Part shown: positions 28,815 through 38,208 of the stretch, piece after piece
Numbering within the stretch: the stretch's first letter is position 1
Layout of the letters: every line of letters begins with the position of its first letter
NCBI GenBank assembly: GCA_031370785.1
Contig: JANMQY010000107.1
Location: forward strand, 9,217-73,216
DNA: 64,000 bases
Reading direction: 5' to 3'
Source: Candidatus Eiseniibacteriota bacterium
GTDB taxonomy: Bacteria > Eisenbacteria > RBG-16-71-46
The notes under the pieces: model-generated
The model's database searches: none
What the model was told of the DNA's origin: nothing
Seen by the model: the letters and a program-made list of their open reading frames with translations, nothing else
Translations under genes and position numbers: made by a program

Positions 28815-31454
28815 CTACGCAGCGCGGTTGAGGATCTCCTCGAGACGCTTGATGTGCGCTTCGGCACGTTCGACCGCACCCTGCGCGACTTCGAGCGCAT
28901 GCGAGGCGGTCTTGAGGTTCTCCTCGCGACCGGCGCGCTCGATCTCTCCGAAGGCGACGACGCACTCGCTCGCGCCGATCGTGGCCGACATGCCCTTGAG
29001 GCCGTGGGACTCGAACTCGACCAGTCGCGCATCTCCGGTGCTGATCGCCTCGGCGAGGCGCACCATGCGCTGGCCAACGTCGGCAAGGAAGGTCTGGAGC
29101 AGCGCATCGCGCAACGCCGGAATTCCCATGCACGACTCTTCCAGGCGCACGTTGTCGATCGGCACCACTGGCGCCGGCGGGGCATCGGTGCCAGCCTCGT
29201 CGGCTGCGCCCTTGGCCACCACGGTCACATCGGCGGCGGTCAGCGCACGCGGACCCGCGGGCTTGGCGACCCCGGCAGTCTTCGCGGGTGCGGCCTTCGC
29301 GGCGGCGGCGGCCTTTGCGGCTGCGGGCTTCGCTGCGGCGGTCGCCTGCGTCTCGGGCCGCTCGGCGGGCTCCTTGCTGCCAAAGGTCACGAAGCGCTCG
29401 ACCGCGGCGCACAGCTCGCCCAGGTCGATCGGCTTCTTGAGGACGTCGTCCATGCCACCCGCGATGCAGCGCTCACGTTCGCCCGGCTGGAGCTTGTCGC
29501 TCAGGCCGATGATCGGCGTCCGCGTCTTGCCGCGCTCGCGCGCACGCAGCGCCGCGGCGGCGGTGAGTCCGTCCTTGCCGCTCAGCTGCATGTCCATGAG
29601 CACGACGTCGTATTTCTGGCGCTCGCAGCACTGGAGCATCGCCCTGGCATCGTTGACCACTTCGATGGTGTAGCCGAGGCGCTGCAGCGCCCAGTCGGCG
29701 ACCATCTGGTTGACCTTGTTATCCTCGACCACCAGCACGCGCACCCGACCGCGGCGCGCCTCGGCGACCGAGTGGCGCGTCACCAGCTTGTGCTCCGTCC
29801 CGGATCGCGGGCTCAACACCTCGATGAGCGCGTCGTAGAGCTCGGACCACTGGACCGGCTTGAGCATGTAGGCCGAGAAGCCGAGCTGCTGCGCGCGCTG
29901 CGCGTCACCCTTGCGTCCGAGCACGGTGAGCAGCACCGTGCGCGTCGCCGCGTAGCGCTCGTCGGAATGAATCGTGGCTCCCAGCTGCTCCCCTTCCATG
30001 CCGGCCAGGTTCATCTCGATCAGGGCAACCCGATACGGGTCCGGGGTGGAGGCGGCTCTGCGCAGCATGCTCATCGCCTCTTCCCCGTTTTCCACCTCGT
30101 CGGTGCGACAGCCCCACGCATTCAGCATCTCGCACAGCGCCTCGCGGGCCGTCTTCGACGGATCCACCACCAGGGCGCGTACACCGCGCAGCTGCACGTT
30201 CGAAGGATCGCCGGCTTGCGGCTGATCGGTCTGCTTGGCCAGCGGAAGCGCGAACCAGAACGTGTTGCCGTGCCCGGATCGGGTGTTGACCCCGACCATG
30301 CCACCCATCAGCGTGACCAGCTGGCGCGAGACCGCAAGGCCGAGTCCCACGCCGCCGAAGCGGCGCCAGCCATCGGCATCGGGGCCTGCGAAGGAGCTGG
30401 CGAGGCGCGCGGCATTGTCCTCGGACATCGCGGTCGCCGCGTCGGTGAGCGCGAATCGGACGCTGACCTTCTGGTTGTCCTCCTCGAGCCGCTCGATGTC
30501 GAGCGTGACCCTGCCTCCCTCGCTGAACTTGACCGCGTTCTGCCCCAGGTTCAGCAGCACCTGGCGCAGGCGCGCCGGGTCGCCGATCACGCGCGAGGGC
30601 ACCTCGTGGTGCACGCGACAGTCGAACACCAGATCCTTGTCGAGCGCAACAGGCGCGAGCAGCGAGACCACTTCTTCGACCGTGACCCGCAGGTCGAAGC
30701 TGATCATCTCCTGCCGCATCGTGCCGCTGTCCAGGCGCGAGAAGTCGAGCGTGTCGTTGATCAGGTTGAGCAGGGCGCGGCTCTGGTTGCGAATGACCTC
30801 GACCATGGTGCGCTGCTCGGTCTCGAGTTCGCTTTCGAGCAGGAGCTGAGTCGTGCCCATGATGCCGTTCATCGGCGAGCGGATTTCCTCGCTCATGTTG
30901 GCGAGGAACTCGCCCTTGAGCTGGAGCTGCGCCTTGAGATCGTCCACCTCGGCCGAGCCCGCGCGCGGGTTCGCGTCGCGGTTGCGGGGCGTGGTCGATG
31001 GCGATGAGAGCGGCGTGGCGACGACCGAACGCGGAGCGTCAACGGCCGCCGGGGGATTCCACGCCGCCAGCGGACGCGCCACACCGACGAACGAGAGTTC
31101 GCCGTCCTGGCGCTCGAAGCAGCGGACACGTGCCAGCACCTGCAGCTCTCCGCCGTCGCGACCGACCAGCATGAGAGTGCGGCGCAGTTCGGAAGCGCGA
31201 CTGCGACCCTGCCTCATGAACGCGCGCAGTGCGGAGACGCGGCCGTTCGCGGAGAGGATCGCGGTGAAAGGTTTGTTGAGCAGCTCGGAGGCGCGGTGGC
31301 CGGTGAGCGACTCGAGCGCAGGATTGAGCCACTGGAATCGGCCGAGAGCGTCGCAGGCGAAGAGCAGATCGGGCGTGGCGTCGAGCAGCTCACGCAATCC
31401 GATCGGGGACGATGCGGGAAGCGGCACGCGGGAACCGTCCTTGTGTTCGCTCAT
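28815..31454 (-). CDS. Hybrid sensor pseudokinase: PAS-HisKA-HATPase-REC-REC-HPt with degenerate catalytic residues
   Basis: FLANMSEEIRSPMNGIMG (H->E), GDPARLRQVLLNL, GGVGLGL, two receivers, HPt SHGLKG. Confidence 0.9.
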   Translation of the reverse strand: MSEHKDGSRVPLPASSPIGLRELLDATPDLLFACDALGRFQWLNPALESLTGHRASELLNKPFTAILSANGRVSALRAFMRQGRSRASELRRTLMLVGRDGGELQVLARVRCFERQDGELSFVGVARPLAAWNPPAAVDAPRSVVATPLSSPSTTPRNRDANPRAGSAEVDDLKAQLQLKGEFLANMSEEIRSPMNGIMGTTQLLLESELETEQRTMVEVIRNQSRALLNLINDTLDFSRLDSGTMRQEMISFDLRVTVEEVVSLLAPVALDKDLVFDCRVHHEVPSRVIGDPARLRQVLLNLGQNAVKFSEGGRVTLDIERLEEDNQKVSVRFALTDAATAMSEDNAARLASSFAGPDADGWRRFGGVGLGLAVSRQLVTLMGGMVGVNTRSGHGNTFWFALPLAKQTDQPQAGDPSNVQLRGVRALVVDPSKTAREALCEMLNAWGCRTDEVENGEEAMSMLRRAASTPDPYRVALIEMNLAGMEGEQLGATIHSDERYAATRTVLLTVLGRKGDAQRAQQLGFSAYMLKPVQWSELYDALIEVLSPRSGTEHKLVTRHSVAEARRGRVRVLVVEDNKVNQMVADWALQRLGYTIEVVNDARAMLQCCERQKYDVVLMDMQLSGKDGLTAAAALRARERGKTRTPIIGLSDKLQPGERERCIAGGMDDVLKKPIDLGELCAAVERFVTFGSKEPAERPETQATAAAKPAAAKAAAAAKAAPAKTAGVAKPAGPRALTAADVTVVAKGAADEAGTDAPPAPVVPIDNVRLEESCMGIPALRDALLQTFLADVGQRMVRLAEAISTGDARLVEFESHGLKGMSATIGASECVVAFGEIERAGREENLKTASHALEVAQGAVERAEAHIKRLEEILNRAA

Positions 31455-31528
31455 GGTGCCTCGGATCAATCGTAGGGTTGGTCGTGGCGATCCTGGCCCG
31501 ACCGGGGTCAATGGCCTGTCAGTAAGGG

Positions 31529-31556
31529 TTTTCGGCGACTTGCCATCCGGACTTGA
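31529..31556 (-). promoter_or_regulatory. Putative sigma28-type promoter for the pseudokinase
   Basis: TCAAG-N15-GCCGAAAA, 74 nt upstream of the ATG. Confidence 0.6.
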
Positions 31557-31663
31557 GCGCCGGCTGGTCCTCGTGATCGGGATGCGGGTCGAGCAGGAGC
31601 CCTGACCGGGAGTTCCGACCATCGGGGCGGAGCCCAGCCGGCGCGCCCCTTCGTGGTCGCATG

Positions 31664-31691
31664 TTAAGAACCAGCGCCAATCTGCCGAAGC
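31664..31691 (+). promoter_or_regulatory. Putative sigma28-type promoter for the DUF6982-like gene
   Basis: TTAAG-N15-GCCGAAGC, 80 nt upstream of the ATG. Confidence 0.55.
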
Positions 31692-31771
31692 ACAGGCAGC
31701 GAGGGGAGCTGGGCGATCCCCCTTGGCAGCGGCGTGGACCCGACGCAAACCAGAACCAACCGAGCCACTAC

Positions 31772-32224
31772 ATGAGCGAAACCAACAAGGTAGTCGCACA
31801 CTTCCTCGACGGCAGTGTGCTCAAGGGCACGACCTGGGATTTTTCGCTCGGCCGCCCGGCCTTCCACGTGTCTCAGCCTGGATCGGACGACCTCCAGATC
31901 GTCCGCTTCGAGCTGTTGAAGGCGGTGTTCTTCGTCAAGGAGCTCGCCGGACACCGCGAGCGCCGCGACTTCCCGCGATTCGAGCGTGGCAACACCGAGA
32001 AGACCAAGGGCACCAAGGTCTCGGTTCTCTTCAGGGACGGCGAGCTGCTTTGCGGCTACGCTCCCGCCTTCGCGCCCGCGCCGGCCGGCTTCATCCTGTC
32101 GATCGCGGATCCGCGCAGCAACAATCTGCGCGTGTACGTTCTGTTCCATGCGACGAAGGAGATTGGCGTCGGCCCCGAAGCCGAAGCGCTCGTGCGCCGG
32201 TTGCGACGCACCAAGGCGGCATAG
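31772..32224 (+). CDS. DUF6982-like hypothetical protein
   Basis: KVVAHFLDG..LKG...DF and KV.V.FRDGE.L.G internal duplication; LKAVFFVK; SNN.RVYV. Confidence 0.75.
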   Translation: MSETNKVVAHFLDGSVLKGTTWDFSLGRPAFHVSQPGSDDLQIVRFELLKAVFFVKELAGHRERRDFPRFERGNTEKTKGTKVSVLFRDGELLCGYAPAFAPAPAGFILSIADPRSNNLRVYVLFHATKEIGVGPEAEALVRRLRRTKAA

Positions 32225-32257
32225 GCGCGCCGTTCGCGCACTGCGGCTTCGAGCGCA

Positions 32258-32297
32258 GAAACAAAAGGGCTCCGGTTCGGCTTCGAACCGGAGCCCT
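32258..32297 (-). terminator. Intrinsic terminator (U-tract on the minus strand, possibly bidirectional)
   Basis: 14-bp perfect stem AGGGCTCCGGTTCG/CGAACCGGAGCCCT, 4-nt loop, followed by TTTGTTTC on the minus strand. Confidence 0.85.
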
Positions 32298-32374
32298 GAG
32301 ACTTTCGGTTTTGGCGACGCTGGGTTACCCCGCTTCGGGGCACTTCCCGGTTCGTCACTGCAGCCGGAGATCCC

Positions 32375-32419
32375 CTACGAGGACGTCACCTCCACCGAAC
32401 CCAACAAATTCTTGTCCAA
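32375..32419 (-). CDS. Putative 14-aa small ORF MDKNLLGSVEVTSS with very extended Shine-Dalgarno
   Basis: AAGGAGGTGATCCA directly before TTG; TAG at 32377-32375; terminator downstream. Confidence 0.5.
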   Translation of the reverse strand: MDKNLLGSVEVTSS

Positions 32420-32616
32420 TGGATCACCTCCTTCTCGGGGCCTACCTGCCACGGAGGGACCCAACCCTCCCGATCCCGTTGGCCGCCCGAGCCTTCAGGA
32501 CCGCGCGCGATTCTTTCGCGCGAGCGAACTGCGCGGAGTTTCTGCGGAGCCGGACGAGTTGTCAATGACAACCTGGTTGTGGCAACCGTCCCCGGGGCCA
32601 GTTGCACGAAGGTCAG

Positions 32617-33141
32617 CTAGTGCGTGTCGCCCGCCGTCTTCACGTTCGCGAGATCGGCGCTGTTCAGGAACAGCCCGCGCGAACCGCGCACCATGGTCGC
32701 GGTCCCGTTCAGCGTCACGGTCTTTCCCATCAGCGGGATCATCGCGGTCTTGATCTCGACCTGTCCGTCACGCCGCGGATGGTGCTCTTCAGGAAACAGG
32801 AAATAGACCATCTTTGCGCTGGTCAGAAGTCCAATCGGCTGGCCGTTTCCGGCGCACTTGGCTGCGCACGCCTCGTGTCCCGCACCGTGCTTGCCGAGCT
32901 CGAGGTAACACGACACGTCGATGACTTCGCCCGTGAGGCTCACGCGCTTTCCGCTCGCGAGCACCTTGCGATGTTCCGCCGTGGTTGCGGCCTCGTAGGT
33001 GGTCGCGGACCACTTCGAGCTGTCGTTCGCCTTGCCCGCCTGTTCCTTGGCCCACGCCGACCGCGTCGCGCTGAAAGCCAGCGCCCCGAGCAGCGTCACG
33101 CCGACGACGAGCGCGCTCACCATCTCTCGCTTGATTCTCAT
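32617..33141 (-). CDS. Secreted hypothetical protein with Cys/His cluster (putative metal-binding, OB-fold-like)
   Basis: RBS AGGAGG; signal peptide; GEVIDVSCY...H..CA.KC...GQP.G; GKTVTLNG. Confidence 0.8.
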   Translation of the reverse strand: MRIKREMVSALVVGVTLLGALAFSATRSAWAKEQAGKANDSSKWSATTYEAATTAEHRKVLASGKRVSLTGEVIDVSCYLELGKHGAGHEACAAKCAGNGQPIGLLTSAKMVYFLFPEEHHPRRDGQVEIKTAMIPLMGKTVTLNGTATMVRGSRGLFLNSADLANVKTAGDTH

Positions 33142-33403
33142 TTCCGATTCCTCCTGGATCCGCCGGCAGAATCGCCGGCGCATTGGCGGGCACGGTAGCG
33201 CGTCGGGCGACCCAAGGCGAGGAGGGGGAAACGGGCGTTGGGCGGTCGGTGCGGGCGGTTTGGGTGCGAAAGCCGGGGAAAGTTGGCGCCCGGAGGAGGA
33301 ATCCGGAGCAGCCGGCAGGTTCGGGCAACCCTTGTCGGGCCGCCGCCGTAGTGATGCTCGTGCCTACCGCTTCATCTTCCGGAACCCATTGTGGGGTGTA
33401 CCC

Positions 33404-33946
33404 ATGAAAACCTTCATTCCTGCTCTCGCCATTCTCGCCGCTCTCGCGGCTCCCGGCGCGCCAGAGGCATCGTGTCGGGGCCCGGCCTGCTCGAACCTCT
33501 CGCTAGGCGATCCGCCGGCGCGTCTCGCGTCGCGCTACGACACGCGCGATGCGCGAATTGCCATCACTCCCGAGACCGGTGAGGCGGTTCTCCTTCTCAC
33601 GGATGACGTCGTTGCGCTGCAGCTCTCGGACCGCACGCTTCACAGGATCTGGCGCAAGATGAAGGATGAGGAGAAGGAAGGCCCGGACGCGGTCCTCGCC
33701 CATGTCTTCAAGGTCGCGGTGTTCAGCAGCGTCCGCGCGCTTCTCAGCAGCAGCGCGGAGATTCCGGTCCGCGACCTGCGCGATGTCGAGTATCGGAACG
33801 GGCGGCTGGTCTTCACGACGAAGAATGGCGAGCGGGTCTTCGGGCACGTACGCGTGAATGATCGCGACATGATGGCGGGATTCGCGGAGTCGGACGCACG
33901 CCTGTTCGTGAACGAGTTCCACCGCGTGCAGGCCCGCACGCGCTGA
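33404..33946 (+). CDS. Secreted hypothetical protein
   Basis: MKTFIPALAILAALAA signal peptide; globular composition; GC3-rich codons. Confidence 0.7.
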   Translation: MKTFIPALAILAALAAPGAPEASCRGPACSNLSLGDPPARLASRYDTRDARIAITPETGEAVLLLTDDVVALQLSDRTLHRIWRKMKDEEKEGPDAVLAHVFKVAVFSSVRALLSSSAEIPVRDLRDVEYRNGRLVFTTKNGERVFGHVRVNDRDMMAGFAESDARLFVNEFHRVQARTR

Positions 33947-33965
33947 AGCGAATCGCTCCCGATCG

Positions 33966-35363
33966 CTATGTGCTCGCGACGCCGGCTTCTGCCCCGCTCG
34001 GCTGGCCGCTCACGACGGGCCCCGCGCCGAAGTTCAGCCGCAGGCGGAACTCGCGCCGCAGCAGCAGCAGGCTCAGCGCCATCTGCATCGCGACCGCGGC
34101 GACCGAGAGATACCAGATCCAGCGGAGCTGAAATCCCGGAAGCCGCGCGAGAAAGAAGGCCGGCACCGCGACCAGCACGATGCGCATGAACGAGGCGACC
34201 AGCGATGGCACGGTGTTCCCCATCGCCTGGAAGGTGCTCGAGGCGACGAAGATGATCCCGGAGGCGACGTAGTTCCACGAGATGATCCGCAGATACTCGC
34301 TTCCGACCGCGACCACGTGCGGATCTGACGAGAAGACGCGGATCATCGCCTCGGTCGCGATGTGGCACAGCACCGTGAACACCAACATCAGCACGGAGGC
34401 GCCCAGCGCCGCGCTGCGAAACGTCTCGCGCACTCGATCGGCGTGGCGCGCGCCGAAGTTCTGGCCCGCGACCGGCGCTACCGCGAACCCCAGCGCCACC
34501 ACCGGCATGAATCCCGCCTGCACGATGCGCATACCGATGCCGAACCCCGCCTGCGCCGCCGAACCGAATGGGCGTGCGATCGCGTACACGATGAGGACGT
34601 AGATCCCGATGAGCGCGAACTCGGCTCCCGAGGGCAGCCCGATCGCGAGGATCTTTCCCCACAGCGCGGTCTGCGGGCGCCAGTCGGCGGGCCGGAACTT
34701 GAGGAATACGTCCTTCGGCAGGAAATAAAGTACGAGCCACACCGAGCCCACGAGTATCGCGATGAGCGACGCGATTGCGGCGCCCGCCACCCCGAGCGGG
34801 CGATGCGTGACCCAGCCGAAGATCAGAAATGGCGCAAGCACGATGTTGATGATCACCGTGGTGCTCTGAATGACCATCCCCGGCTTGAAATTTCCGGTGC
34901 CGCGCAGCGCGGCAGCCATCGCGACCATCGCGAACTGCAGCGCGGTCGCCGGGATGAACCACAGGAGATAATCGCTCGCGAGCCGCGCCGTGGTGGCATC
35001 TGCGCTCAGCATGCGCACGTAACCCGGGCGGAGCGCCATCGCGATCGCCAGGTAGACCACGCCCGCCAGGGTCGAGAGCACGAGCGCCTGATTGAAGACG
35101 AGGAGCGCACGCTCGTGATCGGCGCGGCCCGCCGCATGCGAGATCAGTGCGGTGGTGCCGATGCCGAGCATCATCGTGGCCGCGAGCACGATGAACATGA
35201 CGTTGCCGGCGATCCCGACCGCCGCAACCGCCTCCTTGCCGAGCCGCCCCACCCAGTAGAGGTCGACCAGGAAATAGAGCGTCTGGAAGACCATGGTGAC
35301 CAGCATGAAGCTGGTGGTCTTGATGAGATGGCGGGAAACCGGGCCGGTCGTGAGGTCCTGCAT
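33966..35363 (-). CDS. MATE family efflux transporter
   Basis: DLTTGPV, LVD.YWVGRLG, LRGTG, GVAGAAIAS, GQNFGA; 12 TM. Confidence 0.93.
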   Translation of the reverse strand: MQDLTTGPVSRHLIKTTSFMLVTMVFQTLYFLVDLYWVGRLGKEAVAAVGIAGNVMFIVLAATMMLGIGTTALISHAAGRADHERALLVFNQALVLSTLAGVVYLAIAMALRPGYVRMLSADATTARLASDYLLWFIPATALQFAMVAMAAALRGTGNFKPGMVIQSTTVIINIVLAPFLIFGWVTHRPLGVAGAAIASLIAILVGSVWLVLYFLPKDVFLKFRPADWRPQTALWGKILAIGLPSGAEFALIGIYVLIVYAIARPFGSAAQAGFGIGMRIVQAGFMPVVALGFAVAPVAGQNFGARHADRVRETFRSAALGASVLMLVFTVLCHIATEAMIRVFSSDPHVVAVGSEYLRIISWNYVASGIIFVASSTFQAMGNTVPSLVASFMRIVLVAVPAFFLARLPGFQLRWIWYLSVAAVAMQMALSLLLLRREFRLRLNFGAGPVVSGQPSGAEAGVAST

Positions 35364-35479
35364 GTTCCCAATCTACACCACGCTCGAGATCGAAGCTTGT
35401 GGCGTTCCCGGCTCTCCTCTAGATTTGCCGATCCATTGGCGGCGGATGATCGAACCGTTCAACGAACGGAGGCACCAGG

Positions 35480-36124
35480 ATGCGCAGCGTATTTCTTGGA
35501 ATGTTCCTGCTGATGTTGATCGCGCCCGCGGCAATGGCTCAGACCGGAAAACACTTCGCCCTGGGTGGGGCGGTAGGTCTCACGCACTACATCGACGAGG
35601 ATTTCAGCTCCAAGAACCCGGGTTTCTCGATCGCCTACCGATTCCGGCTCAATCCCGAATCGAAGGAGGGTTGGAGCTGGGCTCCGAAGAGTGGGTTTGG
35701 GTGGTCGAATCGCAAGACATCGACGGACATCGGCGGCACCCGCACGCAGCTCGGCAAGCTACAGACGATCCTGATCATGGCTGGCGTCCAGCGAAAGCTC
35801 CGCCAGGGCCCGTGGCAGCTCGGCATGGGCGTCGTGGCTGGAGGCTCGATCAATCACTTCGAGGTGGACAGGGCCGCCCGCGACGCATATCAGAGCCGCC
35901 TTGGCCTCGACCTCACCGAATTGAAGGTCAAGAACTCGATCGCGATTCGGCCCGAAGTCGGCGCGTGGTACGACCTGAGCGATTGGTTCGCACTGCACGG
36001 CTCGGTTTCCTACCTGTTCAATCGCCCCAAGGCGGAAACCACCCTGGGAGGCGTGACGACCTCTTCCACGTGGAAGACCGATCACGCCAGCGTGAGCGTC
36101 GGCCTGGTGGTGGGAGTCTTCTGA
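35480..36124 (+). CDS. Outer-membrane beta-barrel protein (OmpW/OmpA-like, about 8 strands)
   Basis: RBS GGAGG; signal peptide; alternating amphipathic strands; C-terminal Phe. Confidence 0.8.
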   Translation: MRSVFLGMFLLMLIAPAAMAQTGKHFALGGAVGLTHYIDEDFSSKNPGFSIAYRFRLNPESKEGWSWAPKSGFGWSNRKTSTDIGGTRTQLGKLQTILIMAGVQRKLRQGPWQLGMGVVAGGSINHFEVDRAARDAYQSRLGLDLTELKVKNSIAIRPEVGAWYDLSDWFALHGSVSYLFNRPKAETTLGGVTTSSTWKTDHASVSVGLVVGVF

Positions 36125-36128
36125 GGCT

Positions 36129-37664
36129 CTAGATGTAGGACTTGAGCTTCGGCCATGCCTGGCGAAGGTTCACGCGGGGCTTGCGCGCGATCGAGACATC
36201 GAGCCCGTTCTCGTACGGCATCGCGTAGCGCGAGTTCGTCTGGCCCACGATCTCGATCTCCTCGAAGAACTGCGCGTTGTCCGAGCGGCCCCCGCCGATG
36301 ATGATCAACACCGAGCCGTCGAAATCCCCGGGCCCCCACAGCCAGTAGCTGTTGTGCGAGCTCATCGCATGGGGCAGACCTATTTTCCGTCCCAGCACAT
36401 CCACCGCCCCCGCCTCGCCGTAGTTCTGTCCGAACACCCGGCACCTTGCGCGTTCCTCAGGGGTCAGGCGCGCGTACGCCTTCGCGACCAGCGCGACCAT
36501 GTCGTCCCACCCGTGCATGTCGGCGTACTGTTGCGGCAGGCTGCCCATCTCTTGCCGCTCATCGGTGTGCGGCTGCATCCCCAGCGCCGCCTGATATCGA
36601 ATGAAGGTCTCGACCGGAAGGATTGGGAGAGCGAACGGAATCGTCGGCGCACCGAGCAGGACGATGAACGCGATGCTCACCGGCCGGAGCCAGCCGCGCC
36701 GGGAGCGGCCCATGAAGCGCTCGAACGCGATCGCCCCGAGTGCGAACAGCATCGGGTAGGCGACCGCGAGGTATGAGGCTCGGCTCCTCCCACCCACCGC
36801 GAGGAGCACGGACACCGCAAGATAGATGAGTGCGAGAATCCGCCCGCGCTTCTTCCAGTCGGTGAGCAGGCCGAAGAAGATCCCACTCACCCAGATCAGC
36901 GCGTTCCCCGGCCCCATGCTGAGCACCTGCTCGAGCACGAACTTCGCGAACGGCACCGCGACCATCTTTCGCGCGGTGGCGTTGTGCATGAACTCGAGCG
37001 TGGGCCAGCCGTTCTGAACCTGCCACACGACGTGCGGAAGGAAGATCAGCCCGGCGATCGCGGCGGAGACCCATGGCCACGGGGTTGCGAGCCGACGGCG
37101 ATGCCCGGTCAGGATGAGGCCGAGCATCAGCGCGCCGGCGAACCACGACATGCTGATCTTGTTGAGGAGCCCGATCCCGACCACGACTCCGAGCACGATC
37201 CAATCGCGAGGAGACTCCGAGCCCAGCGCCCGGATCAGGACCGAGATCGCGATCGTCCACAGGAGAATGTCGAAACAGTTCATCGAATAGTAGTGGTCGA
37301 TGCCGAGGAATGTCGGCGAGAGAAGCGCCACCAGGGCCGCCAGCACCTGTGCGTAGCGCCCGCCTCCGAGCTGGCGCGCAATCGTGCCGGTGAGGAACAC
37401 GGTCGCGGCGCCGCAGAGCGCCGGCACCATGCGCAGCGCCGGAAGCGAGTCGCCGAAGAGCCGACGCACGAGCGCGAGCACCGCGATCGAGAACGGCGGA
37501 TGCTCGACGTATCCCCAGCTCAGATGATTCGTGCTCGCGAGGTAGTACAGTTCGTCACGAAAATAGCCGTACTGGGACATCGCCCAGATCTGGAGCAGGA
37601 GCTGTACGAGCGCGATCGCGGCCAGGACCAGCAGATCGCCGCGGCGATCGTTTCTCGCTTCCAT
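36129..37664 (-). CDS. GT-C glycosyltransferase (family 39/PMT/ArnT-like)
   Basis: YFRDELYY, WGYVEHPP, GLLNK, P.V.WQ..NGWP, NYGEAGA, HNSYWLWG; multiple TM. Confidence 0.88.
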   Translation of the reverse strand: MEARNDRRGDLLVLAAIALVQLLLQIWAMSQYGYFRDELYYLASTNHLSWGYVEHPPFSIAVLALVRRLFGDSLPALRMVPALCGAATVFLTGTIARQLGGGRYAQVLAALVALLSPTFLGIDHYYSMNCFDILLWTIAISVLIRALGSESPRDWIVLGVVVGIGLLNKISMSWFAGALMLGLILTGHRRRLATPWPWVSAAIAGLIFLPHVVWQVQNGWPTLEFMHNATARKMVAVPFAKFVLEQVLSMGPGNALIWVSGIFFGLLTDWKKRGRILALIYLAVSVLLAVGGRSRASYLAVAYPMLFALGAIAFERFMGRSRRGWLRPVSIAFIVLLGAPTIPFALPILPVETFIRYQAALGMQPHTDERQEMGSLPQQYADMHGWDDMVALVAKAYARLTPEERARCRVFGQNYGEAGAVDVLGRKIGLPHAMSSHNSYWLWGPGDFDGSVLIIIGGGRSDNAQFFEEIEIVGQTNSRYAMPYENGLDVSIARKPRVNLRQAWPKLKSYI

Positions 37665-38208
37665 GCGAAATCTCCTCGGACATGCGCCACCGGCGGACGC
37701 TCGCGCCAGGAATCAGGCGAGCAGGGCGAGACGTTAGCGCATGCGAGGAGATCGGGGAATCCGAGGCCGCACGGCACCTCGGCGTCGGCGGGCAACCCCG
37801 CCGACGCCATTCGAGGCGCTACGGAGTGTTACGGAGTGGGCAGGACCACGCTGTTGCTCGCCATCGTGCACGCGCCGACCCGCGCGAGCGCTCTACCCGT
37901 CAGCGTTGCTCCGGTATGCCCGCGGTGGCCGCGACGTTCCGCGCAACTCTTCCCTAACCGCAGCGCAGGCGGAAGATCCAGCTCGGTTTCATCCACGCCG
38001 ACGATCGATCGCTCGGCGCGGGATCCGGCATCGCTGGAGCGATGCGGCGCAGGACAAGGCGTGCATCGGCTGAGCGCGGGAGGCGAAGTACGACCCGCAA
38101 AACCTGTTCCGGATGAATCAGAAAATCGCGCCCGCGAAGTAGTCGGCGAGGGGCTTCGGCGCGCAGGCGTCGAGGCCCCTCCGTCGGGACGCCCTCGAGG
38201 CAATCGGG

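Noticed and set aside
27399..31007. 1202-aa plus-strand ORF and other long antisense ORFs (e.g. 5611-8538, 10259-12046, 24925-26541)
   Set aside because: Shadow frames opposite clear genes; Arg/Ala/Gly-rich with no motifs, as expected in high-GC DNA
32420..32435. 16S rRNA 3' end (TGGATCACCTCCTT) as an rRNA gene fragment
   Set aside because: No helix 44/45 sequence upstream and no ITS, tRNA or 23S downstream; better explained as an extended SD on the opposite strand
37781..37808. Perfect 12-bp hairpin as a terminator or REP (a similar one lies at 50012-50051)
   Set aside because: No U-tract on either side, no confident gene ending next to it and no further copies recognised
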